From contig NC_057711.1 of assembly GCF_004010195.1 (NCBI RefSeq), positions 69,990,632 to 70,054,631 of the forward strand: a stretch of DNA of 64,000 nucleotides, read 5' to 3'. Shown one piece after another: positions 1-13,439 of this stretch (position 1 is the stretch's first letter; each line of letters begins with the position of its first letter). This DNA comes from Chiloscyllium plagiosum (lineage: Eukaryota). The notes beneath the pieces are model-generated. The model ran no database searches. It was not told the DNA's origin and saw only the letters and a list, made by a program, of their open reading frames with translations. Position numbers and translations under genes: made by a program.

Positions 1-3000
1 TGACCCAGAGAGAACAGGGGCCCAGAGAGAACAGGGGCCCAGAGAGAACAGTGACACAGAGAGAACATGGGGTCCAGAGAGAACAGTGACACAGAGAGAA
101 CATGGGGTCCAGAGAGAACAGTGACACATAGAGAACAGGGGCCCCGAGAACATGGGGCCCAGAGAGAACAGGGGCCCAGAGAGAACAGGGGCCCAGAGAG
201 AACAGTGACCCAGAGAGAACAGTGACCCAGTGAGAACAGTGACCCAGAGAGAACAGGGGCCCAGAGAGAACAGGGGCCCAGAGAGAACAGTGACCCAGAG
301 AGAACATGGGGTCCAGAGAGAACAGTGACACAGAGAGAACAGTGACCCAGAGAGAACAGTGACACAGAGAGAACAGTGACACAGTGAGAACAGTGACACA
401 GAGAGAACTGTGACACAGAGAGAACAGGGGCCCAGAGAGAACAGTGACACAGAGAGAACAGTGACCCAGAGAGAACAGGGGCCCAGAGAGAACAGTGACC
501 CAGAGAGAACAGTGACACAGAGAGAACATGGGGTCCAGAGATAACAGTGACACAGAGAGAACATGGGGTCCAGAGAGAACAGTGACCCAGAGAGAACACT
601 GACCCAGAGAGAACAGGGGCCCAGAGAGAACAGGGGCCCAGAGAGAACAGTGACACAGAGAGAACATGGGGTCCAGAGAGAACAGTGACACAGAGAGAAC
701 AGTGACTCAGAGAGAACAGTGACCCAGAGAGAACAGGGGCCCAGAGAGAACAGTGACCCAGAGAGAACAGTGACACAGAGAGAACAGTGACCCAGAGAGA
801 ACAGTGACACAGAGAGAACATGGGATCCAGAGAGAACAGTGACACAGAGAGAACAGTGACCCAGAGAGAACAGTGACACACAGAGAACAGTGACACATGG
901 AGAACAGTGACACAGTGAGAACAGTGACACAGAGAGAACAGTGACACAGAGAGAACAGTGACCCAGAGAGAACAGGGGCCCAGAGAGAACAGTGACACAG
1001 AGAGAACAGGGGCCCAGAGAGAACAGTGACCCAGAGAGAACAGTGACCCAGAGAGAACAGTGACACACAGAGAACAGTGACACAGAGAAAACAGTGACAC
1101 AGTGAGAACAGGGGCCCAGAGAGAAAAGTGACACAGAGAAAACAGTGACACAGTGAGAACAGGGGACCAGAGAGAACAGTGACACAGAGAGAACAGGGGC
1201 CCAGAGAGAACAGTGATCCAGAGAGAACATGGGGTCCAGAGAGAACAGTGACACAGAGAGAACATGGGGTCCAGAGAGAACAGTGACACAGAGAGAACAG
1301 GGGCCCAGAGAACATAGGGCCCAGAGAGAACAGGGGCCCAGAGAGAACAGAGGCCCAGAGAGAACAGTGACCCAGAGAGAACAGTGACCCAGTGAGAACA
1401 GTGACCCAGAGAGAACAGTGACCCAGAGAGAACAGGGGCCCAGAGAGAACAGGGGCCCAGAGAGAACAGTGACCCAGAGAGAACAGGGGCCCAGAGAGAA
1501 CAGGGCCCCAGAGAGAACAGTGACCCAGAGAGAACAGGGGCCCAGAGAGAACAGGGCCCCAGAGAGAACAGTGACCCAGAGAGAACAGGGGCCCAGAGAG
1601 AACAGGGCCCCAGAGAGAACAGTGACCCAGAGAGAACAGGGGCCCAGAGAGAACAGGGCCCCAGAGAGAACAGTGACCCAGAGAGAACAGGGGCCCAGAG
1701 AGAACAGGGCCCCAGAGAGAACAGTGACCCAGAGAGAACAGGGGCCCAGAGAGAACAGTGACCCAGAGAGAACAGGGGCCCAGAGAGAACAGTGACCCAG
1801 AGAGAACAGGGGCCCAGAGAGAACAGTGACACAGTGAGAACAGGGGCCCAGAGAGAACAGTGACACAGTGACACAGTGAGAACAGGGGCCCAGAGAGAAC
1901 AGTGACACAGTGACACAGTGAGAACAGGGGCCCAGAGAGAACAGTGACACAGTGACACAGTGAGAACAGGGGCCCAGAGAGAACAGTGACACAGTGACAC
2001 AGTGAGAACAGGGGCCCAGAGAGAACAGTGACACAGTGACACAGTGAGAACAGGGGCCCAGAGAGAACAGTGACACAGTGACACAGTGAGAACAGGGGCC
2101 CAGAGAGAACAGTGACACAGTGACACAGTGAGAACAGGGGCCCAGAGAGAACAGTGACACAGTGACACAGTGAGAACAGGGGCCCAGAGAGAACAGTGAC
2201 ACAGTGACACAGTGAGAACAGGGGCCCAGAGAGAACAGTGACACAGTGACACAGTGAGAACAGGGGCCCAGAGAGAACAGTGACACAGTGACACAGTGAG
2301 AACAGGGGCCCAGAGAGAACAGTGACACAGTGACACAGTGAGAACAGGGGCCCAGAGAGAACAGTGACACAGTGACACAGTGAGAACAGGGGCCCAGAGA
2401 GAACAGTGACACAGTGACACAGTGAGAACAGGGGCCCAGAGAGAACAGTGACACAGTGACACAGTGAGAACAGGGACCCAGAGAGAACAGTGACACAGTG
2501 ACACAGTGAGAACAGTGACCCAGAGAGAACAGTGACCCAGAGAGAACAGTGACACAGAGAGAACAGGGGCCCAGAGAGAACAGTGACACAGTGACACAGA
2601 GAGAACAGGGGCCCAGAGAGAACAGTGACATAGTGACACAGTGAGAACAGGGGCCCAGAGAGAACAGTGACACAGTGAGAACAGGGGCCCAGAGAGAAGA
2701 GTGACACAGAGAGAACAGTGATCTAGAGAACAGGGCCCCAGAGAGAACAGGGGCCCAGAGAGAACAGGCGCCCAGAGAGAACAGGGGCCCAGAAAGAACA
2801 GTGACCCAGAGAGAACAGGGGCCCAGAGAGAACAGTGACCCAGAGAGAACAGGGGCCCAGAGAGAACAGTGACACAGAGAGAACAGTGACACAGAGAGAA
2901 CAGTGATCCATAGAACAGGGCCCCAGTGAGAACAGGGCCCCAGAGAGAACAGTGACACAGAGAGAACAGGGGCCCAGTGAGAACAGGGGCCCAGAGAGAG

Positions 3001-3010
3001 CAGGGGCACA
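1..3010. repeat. Minisatellite/tandem array of 17-bp (occasionally 18-bp) units CAGAGAGAACA[GTGACA/GTGACC/GGGGCC/TGGGGTC], with 51-bp and 42-bp higher-order blocks; continues off the left edge
   Basis: Directly visible repetition of cagagagaacagtgaca/cagagagaacaggggcc. ORF-track periodicities of 17 aa (51 nt; ~1418-1730) and 14 aa (42 nt; ~1830-2500) reflect the higher-order units. Confidence 0.97.
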
Positions 3011-3285
3011 GAGAGAACCCGGGTTCATTTCCCGCCTCAAGCGACTGACTGTGTGGAGTTTGCACGTTCTCCCCGTGTCTGCGTGGGTGTCCTCCGGGTG
3101 CTCCGGTTTCCTCCCACAGTCCAAAGATGTGCAGGTCAGGTGAATTGGCCATGCTAAATTGCCCGTAGTGTTTGGTAAGGGGTAAATGGAGGGGTATGGG
3201 TGGGTTGCGCCTCGGCGGGCCGGTGTGGACTTGTTGGGCCGAAGGGCCTGTTTCTACACTGTAATGTAATCTGTAAATCTGTAAA
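3010..3285 (+). mobile_element. HE1-type (V-SINE) shark SINE, 5'-truncated (A box missing)
   Basis: ccgggttcatttcccgcc (B-box-like), V-domain tgtggagtttgcacgttctccccgtgtctgcgtggg...ctccggtttcctcccacagtccaaagatgtgcagg, CR1-like tail gggccgaagggcctgtttc and (gtaat) repeats. Near-identical to the copies at 32328, 36843 and 57906. Confidence 0.9.
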
Positions 3286-3800
3286 CAGGAACTCAGACAG
3301 AACAGGTCACTGGGAAAGCAGGTCATAGAGAGAACAGCAGTGCTGAAAGGAGCATAGAGAAAAAAGGGACTGAGAGAGGATAGAAGACCAGAGAAAGGAT
3401 AAGCACAGGGCTGATATGAACATGGAGATAACAGCAACCCAGGGAGTTAGGTGCAAAGATGGAATAAGAGGAGAGAGACAAAGACCAGGAACCCAAAGAG
3501 AACAGAATCGTAGAGGGAACAGTTGCAGAAATAACAGGAGCCCAGAGAGAACAAAAGCTGCAAGAATGCAGAATTCCAGAGAGTATAGGAACTCAGAAAG
3601 TACAGAATTTTAGAAAATTTGGAAACAGAGAGAACAAAAACCCAATGAGAACAGGACTCCAGAGTGAACAGTTGAGCAGAGAGAACAGGGGCATAAAGAG
3701 AACAAAATGTAGAGAGAACAGGAATGTAGGGAATACAAGAACATGAAGAGTATATTAATTCAAAGATGGTAGGAGTGCAGAGAATGTAAAGCATGGGTAG
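3286..3800. repeat. Degenerate purine-rich continuation of the AGAGAACAG minisatellite
   Basis: Repeated agagaacag/agagaacaa cores with many substitutions. Confidence 0.6.
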
Positions 3801-4934
3801 AGAAGTTACCAGCTGCCGTTCACTTCTTCACTTTGGAATATGATGCTCTGAGATGTAACAAATGTGAGCTGCCCACTGGATGGCCCTGCATGGTGGGATT
3901 CTGACAGTTTCCCAATAATTCGCCCCCACCTTTAGAACCATTATTTTAGGCCAACACTAGGCCTTTCTAATCTTCCCCCCAAACCCACCCACACCCCCCC
4001 CCCCACCCCTACATTACTCAACTTGCAGCATCCATTCTTTTTATTTCTTGATCTCCTTTCATGTGAAATTAACTTTCTGTTATTGGGCCCAAAATGTTTT
4101 TTTATAATTTAAATACATCTTTTTGTCCTATTGTGACAGCGCAGTATAAAATAACATTCTTCACGTAATTTTTCATTCCCTTAACTATCTTGTATAACTC
4201 TACACATTTCTCAGGTACAAAACCAACTTTCTAGTCTGGAAATTCTTAGGAGATTGTCTTCCTCATCTGCCATAACTTCAGCAAAGGAATCACAGAAACT
4301 CTAGACTAATAACCTAAACCCCACATTTTTCTAGTATTTCTACAGTTCTTCCAGCAAAGTGGTAATGGATTATGGGAAAACTCTGCCAGAAACTTTCCCC
4401 TAATTTTAGTTTTTTTTCAAACTTAAGTGACATATTCAGATTTGTAGCTCCCTTTTTCCAGTGTTCCAGTGCATCAGCATTCATTTGTTTTTTGGAGGGA
4501 GTGGGAGTGGGGGAAGTTGGCAAGAAAAATTGAAACGTAAATTTTGAGGCATCTTCGATTTTTTTGCTGGTATATAATTGAACATTCTCTTGACTTAGTT
4601 CATTGTTGTTCCGTATTGGTTGAATATTTTACAGTTGTGAATCCTAAGTCCTTCAAGTTCCTTTCACTTAATTCTTATATATTTCAATTCTATTCATGAA
4701 AAGATAGGTGACCCAGTTTTCCTTCCTATGTGGATTATCTTTAAACTTAAATGAAGTCTACCATTTTTTTGCCCAGTTTTGTATTTTGACCAAATCATCA
4801 ATAACTCCTGAACTTCTTTCCCTAAATCCATTCTAGTTTGGCATCATTTGAAAATTTGTCCAGATTCACATCATAATAATGGTTTCAATATTAAACCACA
4901 AGAAATTAAGTCAACATATAAACCCTTAAGAATC

Positions 4935-5145
4935 TAATGATGATTGTGAAGCCATTGTGAATTGTTGGGAAAATCCCATTTGGTTCAGTAATGCCCTTTA
5001 AGGAAGGAAACCTGTTGTCCTTATCTGGTCTGGCCTACATATGACTGCAGACCAACAGTAATGCCATTGATCCTTAAAACCGCCCTAGGCAATTTGGGTT
5101 GAACAATAAATTCTGGTCTAGCCAGTAATCCCTTGAATGAATTGT
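4935..5145 (+). mobile_element. Degenerate shark SINE fragment sharing its 3' tail with the LINE end at 37420-37610
   Basis: ggttcagtaatgccctttaaggaaggaaacctgttgtccttatctggtctggcctacatatgactgcagacc...caataaattctggtctagccagt; the tail resembles gcaataagtgacggcctagccagtgac near 37555. Confidence 0.6.
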
Positions 5146-7870
5146 TAAAAGTCTTCCGAGAACACAACGCTGTTGTCTTTTCTGCAGAAGACAATCCAAG
5201 GTGACCATCAGATGGCAAACCATTGCAAGTTTGAGTCCACTATAGGAAGACAATAAGTAAGAGAAGTTCATTGGGAAGAAGAAAACCGGGATTTATTTAG
5301 CGTCTCTTGGTCTCACAATAACATAATTGGCAATGGGTATCTGGATTTATATGGCACACAGGTAATCTGAAAACTGAGCCAAGCAGGCGCATAGCACTCT
5401 AAACCTTTTTCTTGTACTTAATTTAAACCTTCAAATCCAGAACTTGTGCGCTGTTCTTCATCCTTGCATCCAATTTTTCCAGCGCTACGTGGTCACAATT
5501 TTGCCTCTTCATCTCTTTCAAAGACCTGAAAACTGTGGAACATATTGTGCCTAGCAACCTTCCGGCTTTCAGTTAATAGCAAACCTATTGTCTAATTTAT
5601 CTAACTACTCTTGTTATTCAATTTTAAATCTAGTTTTTCAGTATAAATAAATGATCCACATTTTCCAATGAATAAAAAGGCGAGCAATACATAGTCCCCA
5701 AACGTAGTTTTAAATTGAACCTAATTAGCAGTGCGGAATGAAACATGACTCCAAGAACGCATTCAGGATTAGGGCAATGCCAGACTCAGAATGATAGCAT
5801 GCAATGATGATAATGTAGTACCTCCCTTTTATGGGACAGATCAGTATTCGAACATTTAATTGACAGCCAAATAGCTCTTGCGATAAAGGATATTAATTCG
5901 ATATTTTCACACAACGTTATTTCAAATTATCAATTAAAGAACTTGAGTGGAACAGGATACCTTGGAGGACATGATAAAATTTACCATGCATTGACTTATC
6001 AAGCAAAAGTTTCGTATATTATTTTGAGTGACGTAGTAACGTTTAGTAATGCGTTACTGTCTGAATACCATCAATTGGCGTTCTAGTGTTTCTGGATTTG
6101 TGTCTGCACACCTGTACATTGCTGATGTTTGGAGCTATTTCATCACCTTCAATTACACGGATCCCTATTCGAAAGTAGCCCGCCATCACACAAGGTTAAC
6201 CTTATTTTTATAATCACAACCTGTCCTATTTCACTTTGCAGCCTATATTTATATTGTGGTTGTGTTTTTTTTTAAATATAAAGTTTCAAGTGTCACGTTG
6301 CATGTATTGATTTCCACAGTCAAGATGTGACCGAATTGCAGGACGTAAAATAACGTGTTGGAGGTTGGGATGGACGCATTTTGGCATAGTCACAGAAGAT
6401 CTCCCAATGTGATATATCCGACCACACCCTCCAGAAACCATCACTTTGAGGCAAAAGTCTGCTTACTGGTATATATTTGAAGTATTTTAGATGGCTATGT
6501 ACTCGAAGAAAAGAATAAAGTAAATCATCTCGGTGTGTACCAAATATCCAAATACATTGGATGTAGTGCCTGATCCAATTTTAAATTGCATTTCAATGAA
6601 CCAAACTCATTATAAACAGCAACCTGTGTTCACACTGTAGATACTGAAGAAGTCCTAGATGATAATTAAACCCGCGCTGGAAACTGTAAAAATGAGAAAA
6701 CCCTAACCCTAATGGTGTTGCATCATGCCTTTGCCCGCGGCCATATAGACCCTTTGCTATTTTGTCCTGTTGAAGATTTGCTCCAAATTGCTGGTGTGCT
6801 ACCATCACGTTAAAGTGAGCTGTTTGCGGGCAAATGTCTCGAGATGCTGCTAAAATAAAGCCTACCTGTGTAAAGATTCAGGTGCTAGCTCCTGGTACAA
6901 CAGTCAGCTGTTGATTCATGATCAACTCATGCTCTCTGTGACCAGGCTGACTCCAATGCGATGGATGCATTTCCTAAACACGTCTATACTATAAGTTCCA
7001 ACCTGTCGAATTTGAAGTAGGCAAGGGGTTATGTGTGATTACCATCAAAACCACCAACAATAACAATGTAAAGCCGTCAAATTTTCCGGATGCTCAGATC
7101 ATTTGCATAATTAAATTGTAATTAATAATTTATGACCGAGGGAGAAAAGGCAACATATTTGCGTTGAGGTTAGTAAGTCCAATAAAAGAAAGTTGTTGTA
7201 AGATAATTTACTGATAGTCACCCGTTCTAGTATGATAGAAACTGGAACACCCCATTTCTAAAGTATTAGCCAAGTGGATCTACTGGGTTTTCTTTATTTG
7301 GTTTAGTGTAGAGAGGTTGCAAGATTTCCCAGAAACTGCTTGGGTCAGATCTCTCAAAGCAGTGAGTTTCGAATCTATGTATCGCTTTCGGGCGCCGACC
7401 AGTTCTCCTTTCTTTCATGGTTTTGCGGACATTTGTTTTTACAACCGTCAGCGGGTACATTCCACTTCTCCACTTACTCTGTGTTACTTAAAGTGGTAGA
7501 AAGGTTTAGCCTGAAGAGCTCCAAGTAATTGTCAGGGTGAGTAAATTGGTCTGTGGCTGATTGGTGCACTCCATTTGTTAGCCAGGTTAATTCACCCAAA
7601 TAGAAGTTTAACACTTCGTGTGAAGTGAACAAGAAGGATCGAGACAGCTACCGGATCCAACCTACTGGAGCCAAGAACAGGCCCTTTTGGATGTCCCAAA
7701 CTATTCAAGTAATGGACGATGATGTGTATGGAGAAAACTGACGCATTAAACACAAAATAAAGTTATCACTTAATGTTTTTTTATAGCCGGTACTACACGC
7801 GTGAATCGAAGCGAAAGGGTCCAGAGTAACAAACAATTTAACCTGCTTGGGATTGAAGGCCACACAGTGG

Positions 7871-8000
7871 TTCCTAATAAGCCCTTTTGCCCGATACGTC
7901 GATTTTCCTGCTCCTTGGATGCTGCCTGACCTGCTGTGCTTTTCCAGCAGCACTCTAATCTTGACTGTAATTTCCAACATCTGCAGTCCTCACTTTCGCC
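7871..8000 (+). mobile_element. PLE-derived short element with degenerate hammerhead motif
   Basis: ttcctaataagcccttttgcccgatacgtcgattttcctgctccttggatgctgcctgacctgctgtgcttttccagc...catctgcagtcctcacttt; same family as 28559-28680, 45019-45105 and 48916-49046. Confidence 0.75.
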
Positions 8001-11000
8001 TTCCTAATAAACGGCATCTGGTGCTGTTTAAGATGTCTGTTGACACTAACTAGAAGGGGACAAGGTGGCATCAGCCAGGTTAATATCCATCTCAGTTATG
8101 ATAAAGAAAACTTCACATTATAAACTTCAGTTTACAAATCCCAATCTATCTCATCAAGCTAAGTGTCTCTAGAAACTCCCAGTTAAACCGGAGATACTTG
8201 TAAGCCAAACCAGATCAGGATTTATATACAAAACTGATTAAATTTCAGCCAAGTTGACCAGGATTGGTCGTGGTAATATTTTCTTGTGGTTTGAAAGTGG
8301 TCAGGTGGAGAGGGAGAGAGTGCCTGCTGCTGTTCCCTTTAAGATGTTAACTGGGTGAGGATTTGAAAGTGTGAGGTGCTGCGCCCCCTTGGGTTTGTTC
8401 GGTAACTACTTGTGAAACTCAGAGTTTAGGAGCCGGACACTTCACCGCTTTCAGAAGAACCATTTTCAGCAACTTGCCGAACTGCGCGTTCGTTAACCGT
8501 TTTGCTAAATAACTGAAGTTCGATTTTCTTGGCGCGTTGTGTAATCTACTATATTTATTTACCGGGCTCCATGTTTTTCTTTTACACGCGTATCACGTTA
8601 GGTCAGGTTTTCTGAGATTTGTAATAAATAGCGAGAAATGAAAGTCAAAGTAACACCGAGGGAGTCACACCCGATAATTATGATTCCATCTATAGTTGAT
8701 ATTGTTATATGTGAAAGCTTGATAAATTCGATGGTGACGAATTACTCCAATGTGGTTATTGATCGTGTTACTACTGTAACACATCATTCAGTGACACTGG
8801 AGTTTTGCAGTATTTTCACATTAATTCTGAATGCAACTGTAATGATCTGTATGATTGCGAGCTTGCACATTGTGTATTTTGATACGAGATGCAGAGAAGG
8901 CACAAGTGTGTATAGTTTTGGAAGATTACTGATTATAAACCCTCAAAATGTACCGTAAAGCATGAGCCTGAAGTTAAGCACTGCTCTTTCTGATCACTTC
9001 TTTAGGATTTAAAAAAGACCTACCAATTAAACCTCGGAATGTAAACCATGGACAGTATTTTTATAACACTGGTGATATATTCTCATCGTTTTACTGTCAA
9101 TGCAGTGTTCCGAGTATTTGCCCGGACATTAGTCTGTAATATATTCACTGAATGCTTTCCCCTTGCCTTGATTGGTCTTGCGCAGAAAGCGATAATGTTT
9201 GAGATTCAGTTTTGTCCACCTTACATTTCCCACAAATTTTGATCACTTACCGTGCAGTGAATTCTTCCGAGCGCGCGCTGAACTTCCCACTGACAGGAAA
9301 GAAAAGGCGTGAAGCGTTTCGCGTGATGAATGTACACGTTTGACAATAATGTGGAGTTCATGTTTACAAAGAAAAACTGAACTGGATAGAAGACGGCACC
9401 AGTATCCTCCCCGACATTACTTCAAATAAACTGCTGTCGATAATTCTACTGAAACAACTTTATGTTCATTAAAATGGAAACGCACAAACTGTTAGAGAAT
9501 TTATTTTTGAACTCGTGCCTAGCTGAATGCCGAACATTATCGATGCGTTGTTTTACCCATCCCCATTCCCGATTGTTTTCGTAGATGGGAAAGTTAGTGA
9601 AGAGTGTTGCTTTAAACCTCAATATGAAATATATAAGAGCCGGATGCGAGTTTATAAAAACTCAGTGTTGATAATGATAACAGAGGGCAGAATGCTTGTA
9701 GTGTATCATTGTTTACACGCCCGTCGCTTTATACAGTGGATCGTTACATTATGTTCATTAGGTTCATACACGGACAGTAATTATCGTCCCGAACCCATTG
9801 ACAGGCAAGTTTACAATCTGTTATAGTTTCTCTTTCCTTTCTCCACCCAAAATAAGTGCAAATGATGCAAGAGAGTGTGATCTTCATTAATCCCGCCTGA
9901 ATAAATGTCTGTATTAATGAATTATAAACCCGTGAAGCTGTGACCTTAAAACTATAGTCAGGAGACACCTCGGCCAAGAAAAGCTGTTGAATTCTTTATC
10001 GGACTCCTGTCAAAATGAACCGTCTATTTGTCTTGCCCGATCAAGAGAATTAATTAACAAGAAATGCAAACTTTTAATTGGGTGTCAAATGGAATCAGAT
10101 TTCCTAATAACCATCTATCCAGATCGAACCCTGCCTCGCTTCTACCTTGTGGGACACGTCAAAAAATTGTGACTTGCTTTGGATATTTTACGCGAGAAAA
10201 TGATGAATTTCGGTAGTTAATTTATCGATCGCAGCTCCCATTCCCGCATGTTTTATTTTAGAAGTCATTAATCAATGAAGAAAAACATGAGTGTGCTCCC
10301 TGCAATTTAATACACTGAGCCTTATTTCAGTCCAACAAATTTGCTTGGAATATTTACATCGATTGTAGATTTGTACATGCACGCACACACATACATAAAC
10401 GCACATCTGATAACACGATCGCTTTAGAGGCGGACAAAACCAGTCTACGTGTGATCATTTTTAACATCCAAATATTTTTTTTACTTAGCCTAAATCATAA
10501 TTGTTACATAAAAAGTCCTTTCTTTCTTTCTGCATAATGACTTACAGAAAACTAGCATGCCCAATAAACGAAATATAATTTGAATATTAATTTCACGTTA
10601 TCAGATTGGATAAATCATCAATCAAGTAAATGTCAGTGCAGTGCTAAATGTGAGGGATACGATGCATTGCAGCAATTAGACTTTGCTTAAATAAATTTAC
10701 ATTTTTTCTTGCTATAATCGACAGAATGCATTAGCAAACTGACCTGGCTGTTGTTGGACACTGACAAACAGACGGACATGGAAGACTTTGCAATTTCTCC
10801 CAGAGGACGCTTCTTAATCAGACTGCTAGTGAGCTCCTTTATTGCTCTTTGCCTCCCAAGTTCAAAAAGTCCCTGATGAAAACGGGTTTTATTCCACCAT
10901 CCCACCCCACCACCCCGCTCCCGACACACTATATTGTTCTTTTATTTTTTTTAATTGAAATAGGATTTGTGAAGGTGACAAAACTGAATGTTGTGGGCAG

Positions 11001-13439
11001 CAGACTGACAATGGTATTACAAAGCAACAAGATAGACCTTATCTATTTGGTTAACGCCCATGAATTGCTGGAATAGTTATTGTGTGATTAGTGAGTCCCA
11101 AGTGAATAAAAAATCTCGACACGCTGCATTTATACTCCACATAGTGCAGCGTGCTATTACACATATTACACATGCTCTGATCTGTATCAGAGAGTAGTCC
11201 AACAGACGATATCTAAAACAACCGCGAATCATGGACAAAGTGGAAAACATTTTGTTTTAGATTCCATTTATTCTCCTAATTGAGTCGATCACATGCATGT
11301 GATGAACATGACAATATAATGTAACTAAACCCTGATAAGGAAAGGGGTCACCGACCCTCACTTTGTTTCCATATCAGTAATGATATTTGCTCTATGATCT
11401 CCCACAAGCTTCTTGTAGCGCTTGGTGTATTATTTTATAATATAAAAAGGAATAGGAAATAAATCGCATGAACTCGAAAAGATCTATTTACAATGAAATG
11501 CCAATATATCACCAGCTATTTGACTGTTACATAAATAACGATCTCTGCTGCAGAACTCAATACTCATGGTGTCTAGCGCAGTGTAATAACATAGGACGCA
11601 CCATTAGTCGTTGCTTTAATAATCTCTAAGTTCAGAGTTCAGAGTATTTTGGAATCACGTTGGCATAATACATTCTTTTAAGTGAAGCAAATTTTTCATA
11701 GTCAACTTTATTTCGCACCAAAATTCCTTTCCGCGTGATTGTGTTTGTCTTTTCGCTCAGTGTTATCAATCTATGGACTAGATGACGGACGACCCTGTCA
11801 AAATGACGCCAGTCAAAACATTTCCAGCGCTGCCCCACTGGAGTTAGGAGAATATGCACCGTATTAGATAGAGACATAATCCAAACACACCAGCGATTTT
11901 CTCAGAATCTGCTCCTTTTGTTGGGGAATTACTGCAACACGAATCTGAGTATTTCCTTTACCTGTGTCACCTCCGTGTGCTGGAAGACTTAAATGGCGCT
12001 GTGCAAAGCATTGTCTGCACGGCATCACCTGGGTAAAGGACACTAGTCAAAAACAAAAGATAGAACAAAACGTGGGCCAAGAGAAGGAAAGTTAAAGACG
12101 AGGAAAACTCGCACGAGGACATTCGTGGGAGGAAAGAATAGAGAAATAGAGACCTAAACACGCAAACTGTGCTGATAGTAGGGGCTACAGACTGGAAGAA
12201 AAAAAAACATATAAACTTTACGACGAAACTTTGCTGGATATATTCCGGCCTGAGTTATGTAAACTCAACATTCATACGTACTGCTCTACTTTTGTTCCAT
12301 CCCTGTGACTTCTTCCAAATGTTTTTCTGAATTAGAATTAAAACAGTAAATACATGGGACATCTTGATGCCCAGGAATTCGGGCAATAGATTGTGTGTGC
12401 ACATTGTTGAAGTAGATTAAAACCAGACTTTAAAAACTCTATTTGCCACAAGTTATGCAAATTGAGCTTCTCCCAGGAGTGTTTGCTGTGCTGTCAGGTT
12501 TAAGTGTTATCTTTAGAGAAATGTTCTAACATGTGGTTGACATGGCTGGGGTTTGTATGTAATGGGGTGTGGTTACTTTCCAGTTTTCATCAACGTTACA
12601 TTCCCCCCTCCCCCGTCCACTGCCAAATCTGTGCTGTCGTAAAAAACCACGTGTCCTGCTCCAAGTCAGACTGTAAACGTTACAGGGACCTCATAGATGA
12701 ACACAATCCCGTGGCTCGAATCTAACGCACGGCGATTCCCACATAATAACCGTCCTTATAGGATAAATGCGGAAGTAGACTTATAGAAAGCACGGCGTTT
12801 CTGTTCGAACAGTCGGAACGCTGATTGGAATAACATCTCGTAGGTAAGTCATGCAAAAGCGGTCTCCCACGGCGGTGTATTATAATTGCACAGAAGGACG
12901 TCAGTTCCAAGTTGGGCAGTTGGTCCACGGCTCCTGCAAGTTTTCTCCAAGTTGTTACGTTATAATGTACTTCTATGAAAAAAGCCGGAGAGAAAAGACA
13001 GTGTCACACCCTGATATTCAGGCGGTGTCTAGACCCTTAGTAACCGAAGCGAAACTAAATCCATGTGTTTTCAAAATGCCCCTTTGTCATATGACATTTT
13101 GGATTCCGGCTACTTTTAGTGCGTTGTGTTAGAGAATCGTACAATACTTTATAATTTATTTGACCTGTCACTTGAACTGTTAGACGCGGGCCGTTCATAG
13201 ATTCAAACTCGGTGTAGTTCAGTATCTGGATGTAACACAACTTACAGTTCATCACCGCTCCCGCTAAAGCCTGTTTGCGCTGAGATAACAACATATTCAT
13301 CATAAACATTTCATTTTATATCTTGCGAATAAAATCTAAGGATATGCCTGCTAAAGAATAACTTATGAAAGTCAGTTTTGTGCAAGCTATGCTTAGTGAC
13401 TGTATTTGTTGTTATTATTAAAGTTGGAAGTCAATTGAG

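Noticed and set aside
707..2707. 666-aa minus-strand Cys/Leu-rich ORF, plus the 125-aa ORF at 1418-1795
   Set aside because: Translation of a stop-free minisatellite; no true ATG start or gene context.
1..3010. CRISPR-like array
   Set aside because: Units are directly tandem with no unique spacers; eukaryotic context and no cas genes.
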